The position numbers and the translations under genes are program-made. From positions 5,621 to 44,518 of the forward strand of contig DYQJ01000001.1 of assembly GCA_020719345.1 (NCBI GenBank): 38,898 nt of DNA, in the 5' to 3' direction. Of this stretch, positions 18,595 to 28,980 are shown in pieces (positions within the stretch are counted from its first letter, which is position 1; every line of letters begins with the position of its first letter). Source of the DNA: Draconibacterium orientale (GTDB taxonomy: Bacteria; Bacteroidota; Bacteroidia; Bacteroidales; DYQJ01). The notes below the pieces were generated by a model. The model worked only from the letters and a program-made list of their open reading frames with translations, had not been told where the DNA came from and did not search any database.

Positions 18595-19806
18595 ATGATT
18601 AACAAGTATAAAATAGGTATCCTCAGAGAGACCAAAAATCCGCCCGACAGACGAGTAGCGGTGACCCCGAAATCTGCAATAGAGCTGTTAAAAAAATACC
18701 CCCAAGTAGAGCTCCGCGTGCAACCAAGTCCTATAAGATGTTTCACCGACCAAGAATATCGGGACGCCGGAATTATCTTACAAGAAGACCTTTCGGACTG
18801 TGTTATCCTCATCGGAGTTAAAGAAGTTAAATATGAAACTTTTATCCCCAAAAAAAAATATTTATTCTTCGCACACGTGGCTAAACTTCAAGCTTATAAT
18901 AAACAAATGTTTAAAGAAATGATCTCCCAGCAGATAACTTTAATGGATTATGAATATCTGACCGACAATAATAACATGAGATTAGTCGCATTCGGACACT
19001 GGGCGGGTATTGTAGGAGCATATAATTCGTTGTTAGGTTTTGGAAAAAAATACAATTTATACGAGTTAAAGCGTGCTAAAGATTGTTTTGATTATCAAGA
19101 ACTAAGGCTACAACTTGTAAATATCAAACTCTCGCCGATAAAAATACTCGTTACAGGAAAGGGTAGAGTAGGAACAGGTGCTAAAGAAATTTTAGATGCC
19201 TCCTCTATTACACAAGTTAATACCGAAGACTTTTTACGTAAAACATTTGACTATCCGGTTTACTGCCAAATAGATGCCGACGAATATGCTATTCATAAAG
19301 AAAACCGCAATTTTTCTTTTCCACATTTCTTTAAGCATCCGGAAGAATATGTCTCTAATTTCAAAAGATTTATGCATGCGGCAGACTTGTATATAGCTTG
19401 TCACTTCTGGGACAAAAATGCCCCTATTATGTTAGGGAAAGAAGAAATATGCGACAATCAATGTGCCATCAAATTCATTGGAGATGTCAGCTGCGACATC
19501 AATGGACCGATAATTACTACCACGCATGCCTCCACTATAGACAGCCCATATTATGACTTCAACACGTATAAGATGTCAGAAGAACCACCATTCTCCAGTC
19601 CGAAAAATATAACTACCATGACAGTAGATAATTTGCCAGGCGAATTACCTCGCGACGCATCCGAGTTTTTCGCTAATACATTGTTAAACAACGTTATAGA
19701 TTATATTATAAACCATGACACTGAAGAAGTAGTCAAACGTGCTACGATTTTAGAAAACGGCAATATTACAGAGAGATACAACTATTTACACGATTTCGCA
19801 AAATAA
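18595..19806 (+). CDS. AlaDH/PNT-family NAD(P)-dependent oxidoreductase (saccharopine dehydrogenase / lysine-ketoglutarate reductase-like)
   Basis: IGILRETK-x-P-x-DRRV, GVKEV, DYEYL...RLVAFG-x-x-AG, TGKGRVG-x-GA, DVSCD and VDNLPGELPRDAS. Confidence 0.85.
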   Translation: MINKYKIGILRETKNPPDRRVAVTPKSAIELLKKYPQVELRVQPSPIRCFTDQEYRDAGIILQEDLSDCVILIGVKEVKYETFIPKKKYLFFAHVAKLQAYNKQMFKEMISQQITLMDYEYLTDNNNMRLVAFGHWAGIVGAYNSLLGFGKKYNLYELKRAKDCFDYQELRLQLVNIKLSPIKILVTGKGRVGTGAKEILDASSITQVNTEDFLRKTFDYPVYCQIDADEYAIHKENRNFSFPHFFKHPEEYVSNFKRFMHAADLYIACHFWDKNAPIMLGKEEICDNQCAIKFIGDVSCDINGPIITTTHASTIDSPYYDFNTYKMSEEPPFSSPKNITTMTVDNLPGELPRDASEFFANTLLNNVIDYIINHDTEEVVKRATILENGNITERYNYLHDFAK

Positions 19807-19842
19807 TTTACTAAAAACAATTTTATTTACAAATCAAAATTA

Positions 19843-19850
19843 TATATTTG
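19843..19850 (+). promoter_or_regulatory. Putative -7 promoter box for the SWIM-sufC-sufD unit
   Basis: TATATTTG 54 nt upstream of the ATG at 19905. Confidence 0.5.
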
Positions 19851-19904
19851 CACCAAATATCTAATTTTGATTTTATACATTTTAATCTATAATATTAAAT
19901 AACA

Positions 19905-20324
19905 ATGGAAAACGAAGTTTTATTTGAGAATGTTACAGCACATCTGACCGACTTTATCACCCGAACAGCACGAAGAGATATCTCTAAGATAGGGACAGAG
20001 ATTTATGACAAAGGACTTAAATGTTTTAATGCTGACAAAATAGGCGAATTTGAATACGTGACAAATAACAAAATTATCGCTACGGTACAAGACACCGAAG
20101 ACTACGAAGTGATTATTGAAAAAGAAAATAATAAAATAATCTACTCCTGTGACTGCGGTAAAGAAGACACTAAATGCGAGCATGTCATCGCTACGCTTAT
20201 TTATGCAGTTGAAAATAAACATATTGTAACGGCTATCAAAACATTGCAAAATTATTCAAAAGACGAGCTTATTAATATAATTTTACAAAACACTACCAAA
20301 CAATTTTTATCTACCTTAAAATAA
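19905..20324 (+). CDS. SWIM zinc-finger domain protein
   Basis: [11 protein letters not shown] followed by SCDC-x6-CEH (CxC-xn-CxH). Confidence 0.8.
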   Translation: MENEVLFENVTAHLTDFITRTARRDISKIGTEIYDKGLKCFNADKIGEFEYVTNNKIIATVQDTEDYEVIIEKENNKIIYSCDCGKEDTKCEHVIATLIYAVENKHIVTAIKTLQNYSKDELINIILQNTTKQFLSTLK

Positions 20325-20325
20325 T

Positions 20326-21081
20326 ATGCTTAAAATTTCTAATTTGCATGCCTCAATTAACGGCAAAAAAATTTTAAAAGGATTAAATCTGGAAGTAAAA
20401 AAAGGAGAAGTCCATGCAATCATGGGACCAAATGGCTCAGGAAAAAGCACACTCGCATCGGTAATAACAGGACGTGAAATTTTTGAGGTCAACGACGGCG
20501 AAATATTATTAGACGGAAAAAGTATATTAGACCTCGCACCCGAACAAAGAGCAAGAGAAGGCATATTCCTCGCTTTTCAATATCCGGTAGAAATACCCGG
20601 AGTTAGTATTACTAATTTTATGAAAGCTGCAATTACCGAACAACGCAAACACAAAGGATTAGAGCCACTTGCTCCATCAGAATTTCTTAAAATGATTAAA
20701 GAGAAAAAAGCTCTCGTAGAAATGGAAGCTAAACTTGACAACAGAGCTGTCAACGAGGGTTTCTCCGGAGGCGAAAAAAAGAAAAACGAGGTCTTTCAAA
20801 TGGCGATGTTGCAACCTAAACTCGCTATACTCGACGAAACAGACTCGGGACTGGACATAGATGCACTGCGTATAGTTGCAAACGGAGTCAATAAACTCAA
20901 AAACGAAGACAATGCATTCCTTGTAATTACTCATTATCAACGACTTCTCGACTATATCGTACCTGATGTAGTTCACGTATTATACAACGGAAAAATTGTC
21001 AAAACAGGCGGAAAAGAACTCGCACTACTGCTTGAGGAAAAAGGATATGACTGGATAAAAAAAGAAGTTGACCAAGATTAA
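20326..21081 (+). CDS. sufC: Fe-S cluster assembly ATPase SufC
   Basis: [49 protein letters not shown] and ITHYQRLL. Confidence 0.98.
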   Translation: MLKISNLHASINGKKILKGLNLEVKKGEVHAIMGPNGSGKSTLASVITGREIFEVNDGEILLDGKSILDLAPEQRAREGIFLAFQYPVEIPGVSITNFMKAAITEQRKHKGLEPLAPSEFLKMIKEKKALVEMEAKLDNRAVNEGFSGGEKKKNEVFQMAMLQPKLAILDETDSGLDIDALRIVANGVNKLKNEDNAFLVITHYQRLLDYIVPDVVHVLYNGKIVKTGGKELALLLEEKGYDWIKKEVDQD

Positions 21082-21097
21082 TATTAATTTTATACCC

Positions 21098-22429
21098 ATG
21101 ACAGATACTTTCAAAGAACATATTATCAATATATTAGAAACTAATAATATTCCTCTCGCTGATACGCAAAAGCAACAAGAGGCAATTTATTTTATAAATA
21201 ATAATGAATTTCCTAATAAAAAACAGGAGACATGGCAAAAAATTGACCTCGCTAAACTGTTCAAGCATAAGTACGAAAAACCCGTACAAACAGACATAGA
21301 GACACACCAGATTGATATTTATAAAATTAAAAATATCAATGCTAATACAATAGTCTTCATGAACGGAAATTTGTTGGCAGAGTCGTCTTTTATTTTTGAT
21401 AAACAAATAGTTATAAAAAAAATGTCCGAAGCTAAAAAAGAACATCACGACATTTTTATTAATTACTATAACAAAACAAACATTCTAAATGAAAATATTT
21501 TCACTGCAATAAATACGGCGTTTGCCGAAGACGGAATTTTTATTCATATCCCAAAAAATACCATTGTAGAAAATCCAATTCATGTGTTGTTTTTTACAGA
21601 TGGAAATAATAGAAAAGTCTTCTCGCAATTACGAAATACTATTATTGTTGATAAAAATGCACAAGCTAAAATTATTATAAGCTTTCATTCTACATCTGTT
21701 AATTATACTGTAACCAATGTGGCGACAGAAATTTTTGCAGAAGAAAACTCCTCCTTAGATTATAATATTTTCCAAGGAGAAGGGGACGATGCAATGCAAT
21801 TTAATTTTACTAATGTTCAGCAAGAAAGATATAGCAATTTTACGAGCAACTATGTTACTCTTTGCGGTGCTATCATTCGTAACGACTTGAAAATAAATCT
21901 ACAAGCCGAACACTGTCAAACACAACTCAATGGTTTTTATTTGCCCGACCGGGAACAACATTTTGATAATAATGTTGCTGTGCATCATAAAATGCCTAAT
22001 TGTGTTAGTAATCAATTATATAGAGGGATAATAGATAACAAAGCGATGGCGATATTTTCCGGCAAAGTTTTAGTAGATAAAGATGCCCAAAAAACAGATG
22101 CCCATCAAAATAACAGTAATATTTTACTAACGCAATATGCTAAGGCTCACAGCAAACCGCAATTAGAAATTTACGCCGATGACGTAAAATGTTCACACGG
22201 CGCTACAATAGGACAATTAGATAAAAATGCGCTTTTCTATTTGCAGTCAAGAGGGATAGGCGCCAAAGAAGCTAAGATACTTCTACTTAATGCCTTCGCA
22301 AATCAAGTATTAGACAAGATAACTATTAGCGAGTTCAAAATGTTTGTCAAACTATTAATAGAACGCCGAATGAGTGGAGACAAGAATGATGGACAATGTG
22401 CAATGTTAGAAGACTGCCAAGCTTGTTAA
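21098..22429 (+). CDS. sufD: Fe-S cluster assembly protein SufD
   Basis: FP-x3-QE-x-W, AINTAF, FSGKVLV-x-x-DAQKT and KPQLEIYADDVKCSHGATIGQLD-x-x-ALFYLQSRGI; ATG at 21098. Confidence 0.95.
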   Translation: MTDTFKEHIINILETNNIPLADTQKQQEAIYFINNNEFPNKKQETWQKIDLAKLFKHKYEKPVQTDIETHQIDIYKIKNINANTIVFMNGNLLAESSFIFDKQIVIKKMSEAKKEHHDIFINYYNKTNILNENIFTAINTAFAEDGIFIHIPKNTIVENPIHVLFFTDGNNRKVFSQLRNTIIVDKNAQAKIIISFHSTSVNYTVTNVATEIFAEENSSLDYNIFQGEGDDAMQFNFTNVQQERYSNFTSNYVTLCGAIIRNDLKINLQAEHCQTQLNGFYLPDREQHFDNNVAVHHKMPNCVSNQLYRGIIDNKAMAIFSGKVLVDKDAQKTDAHQNNSNILLTQYAKAHSKPQLEIYADDVKCSHGATIGQLDKNALFYLQSRGIGAKEAKILLLNAFANQVLDKITISEFKMFVKLLIERRMSGDKNDGQCAMLEDCQAC

Positions 22430-22451
22430 GTGTAATTATACTATAAACGGC

Positions 22452-22484
22452 AACTTTGCCAAAGTTGAAAACTTTGGCAAAGTT
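22452..22484. repeat. 33-bp perfect palindrome (15-3-15), REP-like, possibly acting as a bidirectional terminator
   Basis: AACTTTGCCAAAGTT-GAA-AACTTTGGCAAAGTT between convergent genes. Confidence 0.85.
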
Positions 22485-22561
22485 TTAATTACCAAACAAT
22501 TATATAAGAATAAAAGTTAAAATTAATTAGCAATGCACTTCAACAAATTTTAGAAATTTTA

Positions 22562-23662
22562 TTAAAAGTTGTGGTCTGTTGTTTTTATAATATTAGATTG
22601 TATATTAATAGATTCTCTGTGAATTTCGTTAAAAATATTTTCTACAAAATTGGCATTAAGATTATGGAATTGTGCTTTTTTCTGTCTTGTGTTTAATATT
22701 TCATTCCAGCGAGTAATTTGTAAAATGCTAAGTTGATTATTTTTTTTTAGTTCCCCTATTTTATGAGATAAAGACATTCGTTTGGCTAATAATTCAATAA
22801 GCATGTCGTCGAGTATATCAATTTCTGTCCTAATTTGTTCTATCTCACTGTTTATCGGGATATTTTTAAAGTCTTTTGTAGAAATATTTAAGTTGTCTAT
22901 CAGTTTATTTAGTTCTGCCGGTGTTAGTTGTTGTTCTTTGTCACTTAGTGCGTTCTCTGGGTCGTGATGTGCTTCTATCATCAGTCCGCCGTAGTTTAGG
23001 TCTACCGATTTTTGAGCTATTTCAGGAATGTAATTTTTATTTCCTGTAATATGACTTGGGTCGCAAATGATTAACATTTCAGGGAATCGTCTTTTCAACT
23101 CGATGACTATTTGCCAGTGCGGGTAGTTTCTGTACTTTGTTTTTTCCCATGTAGAAAATCCGCGGTGTATTACTCCTACTTTAGTTATGCCAGCATTTTT
23201 TATTCGTTCTATAGCTCCTATCCAGAGGTCTATGTCCGGACTGATAGGATTTTTTATTAATACCGGCGTGTCAGTCCCTTTCAATGCGTCAGCAATTTCT
23301 TGTACTCCAAAAGGTGTGCTTGTTGTTCTGGCTCCTATCCAGAGGAAGTCTATGCCGTGTTTTAAAGCTTGGTAAACATGATTTGCCGATGCCACTTCTG
23401 TTGCTACCGGCAAATTATATATTTGTTTTACTTTTTGTAGCCATTTTAAACCTATCATTCCTACTCCCTCAAATTTTCCGGGCAGTGTTCGTGGTTTCCA
23501 TATACCGGCTCTAAAAATGTGTATCTTTTTTAATTCCACCAATTCTGTGGCAGTTTGTAACATTTGTTGCTCGGACTCGGCACTGCATGGTCCGGAGATG
23601 ATGAGCTGGCTTCTGGTGTTCTTGGTATTATTAAAAAGCGATAAAATTTCTTCTAACGACAT
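22562..23662 (-). CDS. Bifunctional DAHP synthase (class I) / chorismate mutase type II
   Basis: SGPCSAES, RAGIWKPRT, WIGART, IHRGF and ICDPSHI; C-terminal R-x-x-ID-x-LD...LAKRM...K...R chorismate mutase domain. Confidence 0.93.
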   Translation of the reverse strand: MSLEEILSLFNNTKNTRSQLIISGPCSAESEQQMLQTATELVELKKIHIFRAGIWKPRTLPGKFEGVGMIGLKWLQKVKQIYNLPVATEVASANHVYQALKHGIDFLWIGARTTSTPFGVQEIADALKGTDTPVLIKNPISPDIDLWIGAIERIKNAGITKVGVIHRGFSTWEKTKYRNYPHWQIVIELKRRFPEMLIICDPSHITGNKNYIPEIAQKSVDLNYGGLMIEAHHDPENALSDKEQQLTPAELNKLIDNLNISTKDFKNIPINSEIEQIRTEIDILDDMLIELLAKRMSLSHKIGELKKNNQLSILQITRWNEILNTRQKKAQFHNLNANFVENIFNEIHRESINIQSNIIKTTDHNF

Positions 23663-23664
23663 GA

Positions 23665-24078
23665 TTAAATTTTTTCGCTAAACAATTCTTTGTCTATACT
23701 TCGGACTTTTGCTTGCATACCGTTGAGAAGTGCGTCAATTTTTTCACTGCTCTTTTCACCCGCGTTCTTAATAAAATTACTAAATTCGTCCATTCGTTTT
23801 TCTAATTGAATTTTGTCACTCAGTGCAGCAGTTCCCGCTTTAAAAGTCTCGGCAAAAGAATTGTACGCAACGATGAGGTCGGTCAGCAATTCTTTTGACT
23901 TACCTTGTAACTCGCCTTTGTATTCTTCCCATAGTTTTTTAAATTCGGCAGTCATCCGGGCAGTTTCTTCGTCCCGTTGCTGTTTTCTCTCCATGATGTG
24001 CTTGTTGTCGGATTCAAAATCTTGTTTCCAATCGGACAAAAAATTTTTGGCGTTCTGACTAAAATTTTTCTTCTCCAT
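23665..24078 (-). CDS. Hypothetical helical protein
   Basis: 137-aa charged, amphipathic ORF ending 2 nt upstream of the DAHP synthase start. Confidence 0.7.
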   Translation of the reverse strand: MEKKNFSQNAKNFLSDWKQDFESDNKHIMERKQQRDEETARMTAEFKKLWEEYKGELQGKSKELLTDLIVAYNSFAETFKAGTAALSDKIQLEKRMDEFSNFIKNAGEKSSEKIDALLNGMQAKVRSIDKELFSEKI

Positions 24079-24112
24079 AAAATAGTGATTTATTATAAAT
24101 TATTTATTTTTT

Positions 24113-24120
24113 CAAAGATA
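24113..24120 (-). promoter_or_regulatory. Putative -7 promoter box
   Basis: TATCTTTG on the minus strand 34 nt upstream of the ATG at 24078. Confidence 0.5.
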
Positions 24121-24146
24121 AAAAATAAAATAAAAAACAAATAATT

Positions 24147-27100
24147 TTATCTATATAATTTTATTATTTCGGTAATATTATTTCTAATATTTATTTTTTC
24201 TATGGTTTGATATTCTCCTTTGTAGCAATAAATATTTTCACTACTGTTATTAAATGAAACATCTAACGCATAATTTGTAGAGTTATAATCAAAATATGAA
24301 GTTTTTTTACCTTGATTATCTATAAAAAAAAGTTTAAAACAATTTTTAAAATATCTATCTTTATAAATATCCGTTTTAAAAACTATTTTATCATTGATAG
24401 TTACACCTTTAAATTCAATAAAATCTTTTCCTTGTAGATAATAAATATTGTTTATTATATTTTTGTTGGTATCAATTTCTACTGCATAATATTCGGAGCT
24501 TGTAGAATACGCTATACGATAGTTCTCATACTCATCAAAATCTGCCATTATTACATATTCTCTAACTTCCTTATTGGTTGTGGTATAAATACAATTACCT
24601 TTCAAAAACATTTCATTTCCACAAGTCCACAAATTATTTATTTGTTTTGTAGAAATTATTTTTTTCTCTAAGTTATATTTTTGTAATACAATTGGTGAAC
24701 ATTGAAAATCATAAGTTAATGCTATTATTTCGTTATTTTCGTTAATATCAATATTTACAAAAATTTTTGTTGGGTCAGAAAATTCTAAAAACAAAGAATA
24801 GTCGTGGAGATTATAAATTTTGTGCGAATTATTATCAAATTCTCGGTAATTGAATGTGTGAGCTGCATAATTATTTTGGTAAGAGACAATTAGATATTTT
24901 TTATTTGCCGAGATTTTCAAGTTGTTTATATTTTTATTCATTACATTTATTGCAGAAATTAAAATTCCGGTTTTTAGCTCCCATACATTTATAATTCCCT
25001 TAGAATCAGAAGTATAAACAAATTTTTCATCAGGCGAAATGCAAATATTATAAGATGCTTCGTTCAGGACAATAATTGATTGTAAACTTCCATCTGTTAA
25101 ATCAAATATTTTCAAAGAATCTTTATTATTGTAAAGAATTGCATATTTCTCGTTATTACTAATCAACAAATTACAGTCATGAGAATTTGTAAAAGGTAAA
25201 AATCTTTTTTCTGTAGTCCCATTTATTGCTTTCTTTTTCTGAAGTATATCAAAAATTTCTTTGTTGTTATAATAAATAGTTAAATCTAAATTAGAATTTC
25301 CGAAGTTATCATTTTGATTTACAAGAGCTTTCTTTTTAATTAATAGTTGTGCTATATCATTGCGGTTGTGCATAATAGCATACATTAGTGGTGTTCGTCC
25401 ATTATAATCTGATATATTTATATCACATTTGTTATGTATTAAAAAAATTACAGTTTCTAACTTGTTTTTTTCTATGGCTTTATGTAAAGGTGTTTTTCCC
25501 TCATAATTTTTTTCGTTTATATCAAGGTCATTATTTTCAAAATGTTCGGTAAAAGCAGTATAATTCTCATATTCAATCAATTGAAATATTTTATTATCGG
25601 GTGAATTAATAAAATTAAGTACATTTTTGTCGCTATTTTTTTGTGCTAATTCTTTAACAGTATAATTAGTAGTATCGGTTTCCTCATATCCTCTTACATA
25701 ATCGTATATTAAATAATTTCCGTTAAAAAATTGTGGACATTTATAATATAAATATCTTATATTTTGTAAGTTAGCAAAAGCAATAATACTACCGAAATAA
25801 TTTTGTATGCTCATATTATTTTCCAACATTTTATCAAAGATGATTTTGAAATTATCAAAAGTCAAATTATTAGCAAGTATGTAGCGTCCGTAGATATAAT
25901 TATTTATAACATTTGTTTTTATTTCATTTGTATCCGTTATTTGTGTTATTTCTATTATTTCGTTTTTTTTAATAAATTCATGAATTACATTTGCATCTAA
26001 AAATAATTTAATTGTTTCAGTATCATTGTTTTCAATAGCATTAAAAAAAACTTTTGAACCAACCAACGTATTTAAAGTGTGTTTGTTTTTATTTGCGTAC
26101 TCAAAAAATTCTTCTCTTGTAAAAAAATTATAATATAAGTCCAAATAATTTCTATTTTCCAAAAAATCGGTTATTTCCAAATTATTTTTCACATAATCTT
26201 TTTTCTTAAGTTCTTCAAATTCTTCTTCCGTTTTCAGAAAATTATTTAATATCAAGTATTTAGCGATTGTAATATTCTTGTTAAAAATAGCTAATTCCAA
26301 TGCGTTATAATTATCACTTGATTTTAAGTCTGTTTTAATACCTTTGCTTAATAGATATTTAGTTTGTTCAAAATTATTATCCCGAGCTGCAAAAAGTAGC
26401 CAGTTAAAATCCCACGCTTTTTCATTTATATCGGTCATATTTCGTAGAAACATGTTTTTATACATCGTACTTTCAGTATTACTTTGTGCAAACTTAATAA
26501 TATTATAATCTTTATCAGGTATATTGCTTTCTAAATCAGAATTATAATTTAATAAATATGCTACTATTGGTAAATTGTTGAGCATCAAGGACAATTCAGT
26601 AGCATTATATTTTTGTAAGGATTCGCTATAAGACTTTTTAATTTCCATAACAGTCTTATCATCTATTTTATAATCTTCTATTAGATATTTAATTATTTGC
26701 AAATTTTCGTAAACAATTGCAATCCCCAAAATAGAAGTAATATATAGTTTATCAATATTATCTGACCCCCAACCCAAAGAAATAATATCTATACCTAATG
26801 CCATTTTTATGTTGTACATAATATTATCGTTTTTAGTAAAATCAGGCGAAAATTTACATTTATCATTAGCATTTTTGCTAAGTAAATATTTTACAATATC
26901 TAAATTATTTTCTTTTGTGAAAAAAGCGACTGGTGTCATACCATTAAATTCAAGATTTATATTTGCTCCAGCATCTACAAGTAACTGAATAATAGGCAGA
27001 GAGTCAGTTAATGTAATTATAGGTAGCGAAATAATTGTATCAATATAATTTACATCTACTCCTTTGGAAATGTAGAATTTAACTTTATCATAATCGTTTG

Positions 27101-27197
27101 TTGGTACTGTTTGTATAAATTCTTCTTGTAAATAATGTTTTTGTGCCAAACAAATATTTGATACGAGCAAAAGAAAAAATAGAATTTTTGTTTTCAT
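24147..27197 (-). CDS. Exported ankyrin-repeat protein with a C-terminal WD40-like beta-propeller
   Basis: Signal peptide; ankyrin motifs GKTPLHKA, GRTPLMYA, LLVDAGANIN and YLLSKG; WD-like ISPDEKFVYTSDSKGIINVWEL. Confidence 0.85.
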   Translation of the reverse strand: MKTKILFFLLLVSNICLAQKHYLQEEFIQTVPTNDYDKVKFYISKGVDVNYIDTIISLPIITLTDSLPIIQLLVDAGANINLEFNGMTPVAFFTKENNLDIVKYLLSKNANDKCKFSPDFTKNDNIMYNIKMALGIDIISLGWGSDNIDKLYITSILGIAIVYENLQIIKYLIEDYKIDDKTVMEIKKSYSESLQKYNATELSLMLNNLPIVAYLLNYNSDLESNIPDKDYNIIKFAQSNTESTMYKNMFLRNMTDINEKAWDFNWLLFAARDNNFEQTKYLLSKGIKTDLKSSDNYNALELAIFNKNITIAKYLILNNFLKTEEEFEELKKKDYVKNNLEITDFLENRNYLDLYYNFFTREEFFEYANKNKHTLNTLVGSKVFFNAIENNDTETIKLFLDANVIHEFIKKNEIIEITQITDTNEIKTNVINNYIYGRYILANNLTFDNFKIIFDKMLENNMSIQNYFGSIIAFANLQNIRYLYYKCPQFFNGNYLIYDYVRGYEETDTTNYTVKELAQKNSDKNVLNFINSPDNKIFQLIEYENYTAFTEHFENNDLDINEKNYEGKTPLHKAIEKNKLETVIFLIHNKCDINISDYNGRTPLMYAIMHNRNDIAQLLIKKKALVNQNDNFGNSNLDLTIYYNNKEIFDILQKKKAINGTTEKRFLPFTNSHDCNLLISNNEKYAILYNNKDSLKIFDLTDGSLQSIIVLNEASYNICISPDEKFVYTSDSKGIINVWELKTGILISAINVMNKNINNLKISANKKYLIVSYQNNYAAHTFNYREFDNNSHKIYNLHDYSLFLEFSDPTKIFVNIDINENNEIIALTYDFQCSPIVLQKYNLEKKIISTKQINNLWTCGNEMFLKGNCIYTTTNKEVREYVIMADFDEYENYRIAYSTSSEYYAVEIDTNKNIINNIYYLQGKDFIEFKGVTINDKIVFKTDIYKDRYFKNCFKLFFIDNQGKKTSYFDYNSTNYALDVSFNNSSENIYCYKGEYQTIEKINIRNNITEIIKLYR

Positions 27198-27273
27198 GAT
27201 ATTATATCTTTGATAATGTAAAAAAATTGTGACTTCCTTATTCTTTGTTTTTCGGAAAAATAAATATTTTTAT

Positions 27274-27792
27274 CTAATAAAAATTACATATTATATCATT
27301 TTCTTGTTCCATTAAAAATAAGTCATCGTTTATATTACCGTAATTTTTTATTCCTTCTATTTTATAAGTGCGTGCCGAGAAGAAGTTAAAAAAGAAGAGG
27401 TCATCTATGGTGTTTATATTAGCGAGATTGCTTTTTATTTTGATGTCGGCTAATATTTTTCGCAAATAAGGGAAATAAAAGCTTCCCAAATCAATGGTGT
27501 CCGGACTGTTTTTAGTTGTTATTAGTGGAATGAAGCTTATTAATCTTTTTTCGGCGATGAAACGATAGGTGTCAAAAAACCAAAGTTCCTTAGTCTTGAT
27601 TCCCACCATCTTAATAGTGTCTATTGCTGGTAGTTTTATATTGTCTATAGAGTCACAAAAGTCTTCGGTATAACAGACTATCTTATTGTTTTTTAATTCA
27701 TTATATATTATTTCTAAAATATTTTGATTAAAAATAAGTGGGTTTTCGGAGGCATCTATTTTTCTCCATATTATTTTTGATGCAAAGACCAT
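27274..27792 (-). CDS. GldN/PorN-like domain; in-frame continuation of 27841..28965
   Basis: SKIIWRKID, KELWFFD...EKRLI, FYFPYLR-x-IL and IDDLF...F-x3-YK resemble GldN motifs (from memory). Confidence 0.6.
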   Translation of the reverse strand: MVFASKIIWRKIDASENPLIFNQNILEIIYNELKNNKIVCYTEDFCDSIDNIKLPAIDTIKMVGIKTKELWFFDTYRFIAEKRLISFIPLITTKNSPDTIDLGSFYFPYLRKILADIKIKSNLANINTIDDLFFFNFFSARTYKIEGIKNYGNINDDLFLMEQENDIICNFY

Positions 27793-27840
27793 ACTTTCGG
27801 TAGGTTCAAAATATGAGATGTAATTATTTGAATTATAAGA

Positions 27841-28965
27841 TCATACATATTTATTATTTGAGATATATTTAGTAGTTTTTACTTCAGTGAACTTCGGAAA
27901 AATTGTTTGATAAATGTAACTGTTGATATAAAATCTTTGATTTTTTAGATTTCCTAAGCTGTCGCAAATGCTCCAAATTCCAACTTTCATATTATTGGTG
28001 AAATAACCGGTAGTTTTTATTTTTCCGTTCGGGTATTTTGAAATATAATATCCATCAAATAAATTATTCCGTAGTTGATATTCAATAAAAGTATTATCTG
28101 CTAAATAAGTGTTAAAACTCTTTCTTGTTGTTGTTTTATAAGTAGTTAAGTTCCACATTTTTATCAGACGATTTTCAGTGGAGTTTTTATCAGCGAGAAT
28201 ACTGTCTGTTAGATAAACTTTTATGCAGCGAAAACCTGTGTGCGAATAACCTATATAAGAATAATAGCTGAGGGCAAAGAAATCAATAAATTTTGGCAAT
28301 TTGAACAAAAAAGAATTACCTATAATAACCTTTCTTTTTAAAACCGAAGGGTCATCTTCAGATGCAAAATACGAATAATCAAAAGTTGAATTTGGCGAGT
28401 AAAAGAAATAGCTTTCGTCTTTAGTATTTATTAACCAGTCGGAATAAAATTTATTAAAGTCGTTTTCTATACCACTTTTTTCTAAAAAATGTTGTGCAAA
28501 CAACCATTCACTGCAATACGGCAGACGATATATAAACTCTATTTCTCCGGATTTGTTATCTTGCAAAGTCTTCCATTTACAAAAGTTCAGCGCATTTTCC
28601 CAAGAGATAGCAACAATCGGCTGGTCTTGTAAGTCTTTATCTTTAAGATACTTATTTACATTATGGACTATTACTACCGAAGTATCCGGTAATTGTTGTT
28701 TATAAAAATGTTTATCTTCGCTTGCTTTGATGTAAGATAAATACTGATTGTATAACTTTAAAGTAATCAATTTACTTATCTCAAAAGTGTTTTTAGTGTG
28801 CGAAGTATCCTTTGTTAGCCCTAATATTTGATAGGTATTTAGAGTTTGAATCGGGATAAGATAATTATCCAATTGTTGAGAACGTACCATTGAAGATATC
28901 AACAACATTATAACAATAAGTAAAATTGTTATCTTTTTTTTAATACAATTAATGCTTTTTAACAT
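27841..28965 (-). CDS. Exported degenerate FGE-sulfatase (GldK/GldJ-like) domain + MORN-variant repeats; ends at an in-frame TGA
   Basis: Signal peptide; QPIVAISWENALNFCKW, YRLP-x-x-SEW and GFRCI; MORN-like YPNGKIKTTGYF...KVGIW. Confidence 0.7.
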   Translation of the reverse strand: MLKSINCIKKKITILLIVIMLLISSMVRSQQLDNYLIPIQTLNTYQILGLTKDTSHTKNTFEISKLITLKLYNQYLSYIKASEDKHFYKQQLPDTSVVIVHNVNKYLKDKDLQDQPIVAISWENALNFCKWKTLQDNKSGEIEFIYRLPYCSEWLFAQHFLEKSGIENDFNKFYSDWLINTKDESYFFYSPNSTFDYSYFASEDDPSVLKRKVIIGNSFLFKLPKFIDFFALSYYSYIGYSHTGFRCIKVYLTDSILADKNSTENRLIKMWNLTTYKTTTRKSFNTYLADNTFIEYQLRNNLFDGYYISKYPNGKIKTTGYFTNNMKVGIWSICDSLGNLKNQRFYINSYIYQTIFPKFTEVKTTKYISNNKYV

Positions 28966-28980
28966 ATTAATAAGTTTTAT

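Noticed and set aside
18850-18858. A9 run as a phase-variation site
   Set aside because: The ORF is intact and long A/T runs are common throughout this window.
27841-27843. Selenocysteine or genome-wide TGA reassignment
   Set aside because: No SECIS-like hairpin is evident downstream and there is no redox motif context; TGA ends other genes at natural positions (15236-15238, 35705-35707, 4310-4312).
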